A DNA stretch of 32,000 nt from the NCBI RefSeq assembly GCF_900167395.1, contig NZ_FUWK01000032.1, positions 914-32,913 of the forward strand. The letters run 5' to 3'. This DNA is from Nitrosomonas europaea. Lineage in GTDB: Bacteria; Pseudomonadota; Gammaproteobacteria; Burkholderiales; Nitrosomonadaceae. Below the pieces are notes generated by a model. It saw only the letters and a program-made list of their open reading frames with translations. It did no database searches and was not told the DNA's origin. The translations under genes were made by a program, and so were the position numbers. Shown here piece by piece: positions 27,100 through 32,000 of the stretch. The first letter of the stretch is position 1, and each line of letters starts with the position of its first letter.

Positions 27100-27987
27100 G
27101 TGGCAATTCTCATCAATGAGCAGACGCGGATCATCGTACAGGGCTTTACCGGCCGGATCGGCACCTTCCATGCTCAGGAAATGATCGATTACGGATCTAA
27201 TGTAGTGGGAGGCGTAACGCCCGGCAAAGGCGGGCAGAAACACCTGGGGCTGCCAGTATTCAATACCGTCCGGGAAGCAGTCGAGCAGGCAGGTGCGGAA
27301 GCCAGCATTGTATTCGTCCCGCCGGCATTTGCGGCTGATTCGATTATGGAAGCAGCCGATGCCGGTATCAAATATTGCGTATCCATCACCGATGGCATTC
27401 CAACCCAGGACATGATGACCGTCAAAAACTTCTTACGCCTCTTCCCTGAGGAGGACAGAATGATGCTGACCGGCCCCAACTGTTCAGGCACTATCAGCCC
27501 CGGACGGGCGATGTTGGGCATCATGCCGGGGCATATTTACAGCCGTGGGGTCGTTGGTGTCGTCGGCCGTTCCGGTACACTGGGTTATGAAGCTGCCGAC
27601 CAGATGCGACGGCTGAATATCGGGATTTCGACTTCGGTAGGTATTGGCGGAGACCCGATCATCGGCAGTTCGCACCGGAATGTGCTGCAAAAGCTGGAAG
27701 AAGATCCGGAAACCAAAGTCACGCTGATGATTGGTGAAATTGGTGGCCCAATGGAAGTAGAAGCCGGACTGTTCGCAAAGGAAAACATGAGCAAACCGCT
27801 GGTTGCCTACATTGCCGGCCTGACTGCACCTCCCGGAAGACGGATGGGGCACGCCGGAGCAATCATCTCTTCAGCCGGTGAAAGCGCAGCAGAAAAAGTG
27901 GAAAGACTGAAAGAACTGGGCGTCACCATCTGCCCGACTCCGTCTCTGATGGGTGAAACCGTCGCAAAAGTTCTGGCCGGACTCTAA
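27100..27987 (+). CDS. mtkB: malate--CoA ligase (malate thiokinase) alpha subunit; SucD-like
   Basis: 295 aa with a GTG start. Blocks: IIVQGFTGRIGTFHAQ (CoA-binding Rossmann fold), GPNCSG, and MGHAGAII (phosphohistidine loop). Confidence 0.7.
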   Translation: MAILINEQTRIIVQGFTGRIGTFHAQEMIDYGSNVVGGVTPGKGGQKHLGLPVFNTVREAVEQAGAEASIVFVPPAFAADSIMEAADAGIKYCVSITDGIPTQDMMTVKNFLRLFPEEDRMMLTGPNCSGTISPGRAMLGIMPGHIYSRGVVGVVGRSGTLGYEAADQMRRLNIGISTSVGIGGDPIIGSSHRNVLQKLEEDPETKVTLMIGEIGGPMEVEAGLFAKENMSKPLVAYIAGLTAPPGRRMGHAGAIISSAGESAAEKVERLKELGVTICPTPSLMGETVAKVLAGL

Positions 27988-28083
27988 TCTGGACCGGATA
28001 CCCTGCCCGGACAGCATTCTGTCTGAAGAAGCAAATTATTAGGCAGCCAATTTCGCCAGCTCACCGCATCCTGCGGGTTGGTA

Positions 28084-28129
28084 TCCAAAAGGGCACCCAA
28101 CTTGACTTGATTACAGCCAGGTTGGGTGC
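28084..28129 (-). terminator. candidate intrinsic terminator after katG
   Basis: On the minus strand, GCACCCAAC (28129-28121) pairs with GTTGGGTGC (28101-28093) around a 19-nt loop, followed by CCTTTTGG. The large loop and short U-tract lower confidence. Confidence 0.3.
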
Positions 28130-28143
28130 ATAGCGAAGTAAAA

Positions 28144-30372
28144 TCAGCGTGTGTCAAACCGATCCAGGTCCATCACCTTTGCCCATGCCTGAGCAAAGTC
28201 GTGTACGAATTTCTCTTTGGTATCGTCCGATGCATAAACTTCGGCAACCGCACGCAACTCGGAGTTGGAACCGAAGATCAGATCAACGGGCGTAGCTATC
28301 CATTTAATCTGGCCGGTAGCGCGATCCCGCCCCTCGTAAAGACCCTCGGTTGCCGACCTTGCCCATTTAGTAGACATATCGAGCAGGTTCACAAAGAAGT
28401 CATTGGTCAAGGTACCGGGCCGGCTGGTGAATATCCCGTGTCGGGAATGACCAGCATTGGCATCCAGCGCCCGCATGCCGCCGACCAGCACCGTCATTTC
28501 AGGTACGCTCAAGGTCAGGAAGTTCGCACGCTCGACCAGCATTTCCGCAGGCGAATACGCATTACCCTTACCAAAATAATTGCGGAAGCCGTCGGCTTTA
28601 GGCTCCAACACCGCGAACGACTCGACGTCGGTTTGCGCTTGCGCGGCATCCATACGGCCCGGTTTGAAAGGTACCTGCACCTTGTAACCGGCTTTCCTGG
28701 CAGCTTCTTCCACGGCCGCGGAACCACCCAGCACGATCACGTCAGCAAACGACACTTTCTTGCCGCCTTTCAGCGTACGATTGAAGTTGTTCCGGATGGA
28801 TTCCAGACGAGTCAGCACCTTGGCCAGTTCGGCTGGATCATTGACTTCCCAATCCTTTTGTGGTGCCAGGCGAATGCGCGCGCCGTTGGCACCGCCGCGC
28901 ATATCGGTACCGCGGAAGGTAGCAGCGGAAGCCCATGCCGTCCGGACCAGCTCAGGTATCGTCAAACCCGAGGCCAGGATCGCCGACTTCAGCCTGGCGA
29001 TATCCTGGGCGTCGATCAGCTTGTGATCAACTTTGGGGATAGGATCCTGCCAAATAAAGTCTTCCGCAGGTATCTCAGCACCGACGTAGCGGGCCTTGGG
29101 TCCCATGTCGCGATGGGTCAGCTTGAACCACGCCTTGGCAAACGCAATTCCGAATTCCTTGGGATTATCGAGAAAACGCTTGGAGATTTTCTGGTACTCA
29201 GGGTCCACTTTCAAAGCGATATCGGTTGTAAACATGATCGGTGCATGGCGTTTAGTCGGATCGTGCGCGTCTGGAACGAAGTTGTCGCCTTTGCCGCCCT
29301 TCGGAATCCATTGCGTCGCACCGGCCGGACTCTTGGTTGTTTCCCATTCGAAAGCGTACAGCCAAGTTAAATAGTCATGCGTCCAGCGCGCCGGATTGGT
29401 CGACCACGCCCCTTCCAGACCACTGGTGACTGTATCGACGCCATAGCCGCTGCCACATTTATTGGCCCAACCCAAACCTTGCTCCTCGATACCAGCCGCG
29501 GCCGGTTCCTTGCCAACGCATTCTTCCGGCTTATGCGCCCCGTGCGCCTTGCCGAAGGTATGGCCACCGGCGATCAGAGCCACCGTCTCTTCGTCATTCA
29601 TCGCCATACGGCCGAAGGATTCGCGGATATGCCTGGCAGCTGCCAACGGATCGGGGTTACCGCCCGGCCCTTCCGGGTTGACGTAGATCAGCCCCATCTG
29701 CACGGCAGCCAGAGGCTTCGCCAGTTCACCTCTTTTATCATGGCGCTCATCGGCGAGAAATTCCTTTTCTGTTCCCCAGTTGACGATCTCGGCTTCCCAA
29801 TCATCCGGTCGCCCACCCGCAAAACCTATGGTTTTGAATCCCATATCCTCCAACGCCACATTGCCGGCCAGCACCATCAGATCAGCCCAGGAAAGCTTGC
29901 TGCCGTATTTCTATTTGATCGGCCATAACAAGCGCCGCGCTTTGTCCAGATTGACGTTATCCGGCCAACTGTTGAGCGGTTCGAAGCGTTGCTATCCGCC
30001 GGAAGCGCCACCACGTCCGTCGAAAATGCGGTACACGCCGGCACTATGCCAGGCCATGCGAATGAACAATGGTCCGTAGTTGCCGTAGTCCGCCGGCCAC
30101 CAAGGCTGGGAAGTATGCAGCACGTTCGCGATATCCTCTTTCACCGCTTTGAGGTTGAGCGTTTTAAACTGTTCGGCATAGTTGAACGCTTTGCCCAACG
30201 GGTTAGACTCAGCCGAATTCTGGCGCAACGGTCTCAGATCCAGTTGATCCGGCCACCAAAAACTGTTCATCGTCGGTTGCGGTTGCGACTCGGCCTGGAT
30301 CGGATTGACCGTCAACACGGTGGATATGGCAACTGCCATTGCAGAAACCAGAAATGTTTGTTTCATTTTCAT
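28144..30372 (-). pseudogene. katG: catalase-peroxidase KatG with an N-terminal signal peptide, interrupted by two in-frame TAG codons
   Basis: A single frame runs from ATG 30372 (AAGGAG 6 nt upstream) to TGA 28144-28146. TAG codons lie at 29992-29994 and 29911-29913. KatG signatures are intact: [40 protein letters not shown]. The ORF track splits the gene into 29992-30417 and 28144-29877. Confidence 0.85.
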
Positions 30373-30664
30373 AAGTACTCCTTTACTCTTTGTTGGGAGG
30401 GTAATGTGAAAAAACATACCGGAGAATTTCGAGTTTAGACTCCTCCGGCGAAAAGAACCAGCGACTTGTCAACACCTGGCCCATCGCCGCGAATAAAGGG
30501 ATAATGAACGATCAGAATGGCGCTGCCTTTTCGTTTTTCATGGGAACTCTCCCGGATGAGTAACAGACCTATGGATCAGGTGCACCCATGCAGAGTACTA
30601 ACGTGCCAAGCTCGGGAGCGCACCCTTGCGGTGTATCTCTTGGAGCAATAGGTTGGATGTCACT

Positions 30665-31243
30665 TCAGTAGATGGAAAGAAGAGTTGCATTACCTGCTCG
30701 TACCGTGTGCTCAAAGAAAGTTTGAAGTTCCTTGACCATACTCCATAGTTCTTCCAATTGCCGTTGCCGTTCAGTATGTTCGGAAGAAACTTTCCAATAG
30801 ATCTCGGTCGCTTCAATCTCACTGGCGACATAAGCAGAGTCCAGCATCTTGAACGACTGAGTATCGAGAAATCCAGCGACAGCCCTGGAAAGCTCAGAGT
30901 CAAAGAGACGAATTGGCCCATAGCCTTGGTCAGGCCCGATCTCCTCGCCTCCTGATATGAGAAATCCGCCAGGCCATGGACTTTCTGCATTGGTGCCAGA
31001 AAACAGGAAATGCAGGATATGCCAAGCTTGATTGAGTTCAAATATGTCGCTTTCTGCGACAGGTTCGAACTGCTGCCCTGAAGAAGAAAGTTGTTTCGGG
31101 GGCTTCCCAAAGAGCTTTGAGAGGAAGCTGACCTTCGGAGGAGGCGCAGTAAAGCCAACCAACTCGCCGATCGCGTCGGGAAAATCTTTCAGCTTTGTGA
31201 CCTGCTCAGGGGTGATTCGATACAAGCTGCACAACATGCTCAT
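30665..31243 (-). CDS. DUF1877 / YfbM-like family protein
   Basis: 192 aa. The blocks NQAWHILHFLFSGT, EIYW and the C-terminal GNATLLSIY resemble E. coli YfbM as I recall it (KRWDFLHFGLTG..., GNHALTVIV). Confidence 0.55.
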   Translation of the reverse strand: MSMLCSLYRITPEQVTKLKDFPDAIGELVGFTAPPPKVSFLSKLFGKPPKQLSSSGQQFEPVAESDIFELNQAWHILHFLFSGTNAESPWPGGFLISGGEEIGPDQGYGPIRLFDSELSRAVAGFLDTQSFKMLDSAYVASEIEATEIYWKVSSEHTERQRQLEELWSMVKELQTFFEHTVRAGNATLLSIY

Positions 31244-31318
31244 GATTTATGATCTCCGTGCAGTGTAAGTGAAGTGCTCCTGTTGAACGATCGGGCTCAT
31301 TGTGGAGTAGGCTGCACC

Positions 31319-31678
31319 TTACCAACGAAAAAGCGCCCTGAGAACGGGTGGCTTTGAGTAAATATCCGCCGGAGCGCTAAACAGCTCTTCGTCACGATCA
31401 GGGCGCTTCCCAGTCATCATAGACACTATTTCGAAAACGATATCTTCACCGAGTGCATCTAGGGTAAATGTTTCGCCATCGTCGTCCACATAGACAATTT
31501 CTCCATCACCGTTAGAGATCTCTGCGTACTGACTTGTCACTTTCCGCTCGGCGGACAACACCTTGCCTGTGCTTGCAAAAACACCGTCGTCGCCCGAAGC
31601 AGCGAAACAACGCTTCAACTCTCCCTTTTCGTAAAGCGCAAACGCCGCAAGATTAACGACACTATGCAATACGCAACA
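31319..31678 (-). pseudogene. hypothetical protein, probable 5'-truncated fragment (reading frame runs into the IS3 element)
   Basis: The formal ORF is 31319-31840. Its only in-frame ATGs before the C-terminal MM pair (31840 and 31810) lie antisense inside the IS3 orfA coding sequence. No ATG exists in the non-IS part before MMTGKRPD near the C-terminus. I recognise no family. Confidence 0.3.
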
Positions 31679-32000
31679 TGAATCGCCCCGGGTTTTGAGG
31701 AGGCTCCAACTTTTGAGAGAATGGAGCCATGAGCAATCAAACAAAGTTTTCCCCTGAAGTTCGTGAACGATCTGTTCGTCTGGTACAGGAACATCGAGGC
31801 GAATATCCATCGCTATGGGCGGCGGTTGAATCAATTGCACCCAAGATTGGCTGTGTGCCCTCCACGTTGCTGGAATGGGTTAAACGTAGCGAAATTAACA
31901 ATGGCGCACGCGAAGGTCTGACAAGCAGTGAACGTGATCGCCTCAAGGCGTTGGAGCGTGAGAACAGGGAACTGCGCCGAGCCAATGAGATATTGAAAAC
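31679..32000 (+). mobile_element. IS3-family insertion sequence, left end (continues beyond the window)
   Basis: orfA starts at 31729. A TG-initiated candidate left terminal repeat, TGAATCGCCCCGGG..., starts at 31679, 50 bp upstream. The boundary is inferred because the right end is not available for comparison. Confidence 0.65.
31729..32000 (+). CDS. IS3-family transposase OrfA (HTH and leucine-zipper region), partial at the window end
   Basis: This ORF is not in the track because it has no stop within the window. Translation: [90 protein letters not shown]. That is a typical IS3 OrfA architecture. Confidence 0.85.
   Translation, partial: MSNQTKFSPEVRERSVRLVQEHRGEYPSLWAAVESIAPKIGCVPSTLLEWVKRSEINNGAREGLTSSERDRLKALERENRELRRANEILK

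Noticed and set aside
26119-27243. Minus-strand ORFs of 152 aa (26119-26577) and 213 aa (26602-27243)
   Set aside because: They are antisense shadow ORFs within mtkA and mtkB, with no motifs.
28126-29370. 414-aa plus-strand ORF, the largest unexplained ORF in the track
   Set aside because: It lies entirely antisense to katG in a GC-rich stretch. The composition is Arg/Gly/His-rich and low in complexity, with no recognisable motifs. This is a typical shadow ORF.
29878-29991. Apparent 114-bp intergenic gap between two 'katG fragment' ORFs
   Set aside because: It is not intergenic. It translates in frame as conserved KatG sequence ([26 protein letters not shown]) bounded by the two TAG codons.
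30598-31158. 186-aa minus-strand ORF
   Set aside because: It is an alternative frame overlapping the DUF1877/YfbM-like gene, which has recognisable family blocks.
1-32000. CRISPR arrays, rRNA genes, integrases and toxin-antitoxin or known defence-system genes
   Set aside because: I saw no regularly spaced repeats beyond two-copy short motifs, and no ORFs with matching signatures.

Overview
The window looks like a Gram-negative, proteobacterial-type chromosome with four blocks. (1) 665-18408, minus strand: a 16-gene, tightly packed or overlapping operon. It follows the canonical exosortase A (XrtA)/PEP-CTERM exopolysaccharide locus order: epsE export, epsF chain-length determinant, epsG tyrosine kinase, OM beta-barrel, ExeA-like ATPase, deacetylase, FemAB-like, glycosyltransferase, XrtA-EpsI fusion, glycosyltransferase, AsnB-type amidotransferase. 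The operon then continues into a non-core tail: a CE4-like protein, a CelD-like acyltransferase, an ATP-grasp and an ATP-grasp_ST protein. A second, paralogous ATP-grasp_ST gene (1-657, plus strand) converges on it head-on. This amide-ligase-rich tail is the most interesting candidate for uncharacterised chemistry. (2) 19236-24308: housekeeping genes ettA, a DEAD-box helicase, radA and tRNA-Ser(CGA). (3) 24755-27987: an mcl-mtkA-mtkB cluster (malyl-CoA lyase plus malate thiokinase). (4) 28144-32000: a GC-rich, signal-peptide-bearing katG interrupted by two in-frame amber codons at conserved Gln positions. It is followed by a DUF1877/YfbM-like gene, a gene fragment with no usable ATG start, and the left end of an IS3-family element that runs off the window. 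Also noted are a G8 homopolymer inside epsF and an 827-bp AT-rich leader region upstream of the operon. All family assignments come from motif recognition by eye and recalled family names. None has been confirmed by a search.
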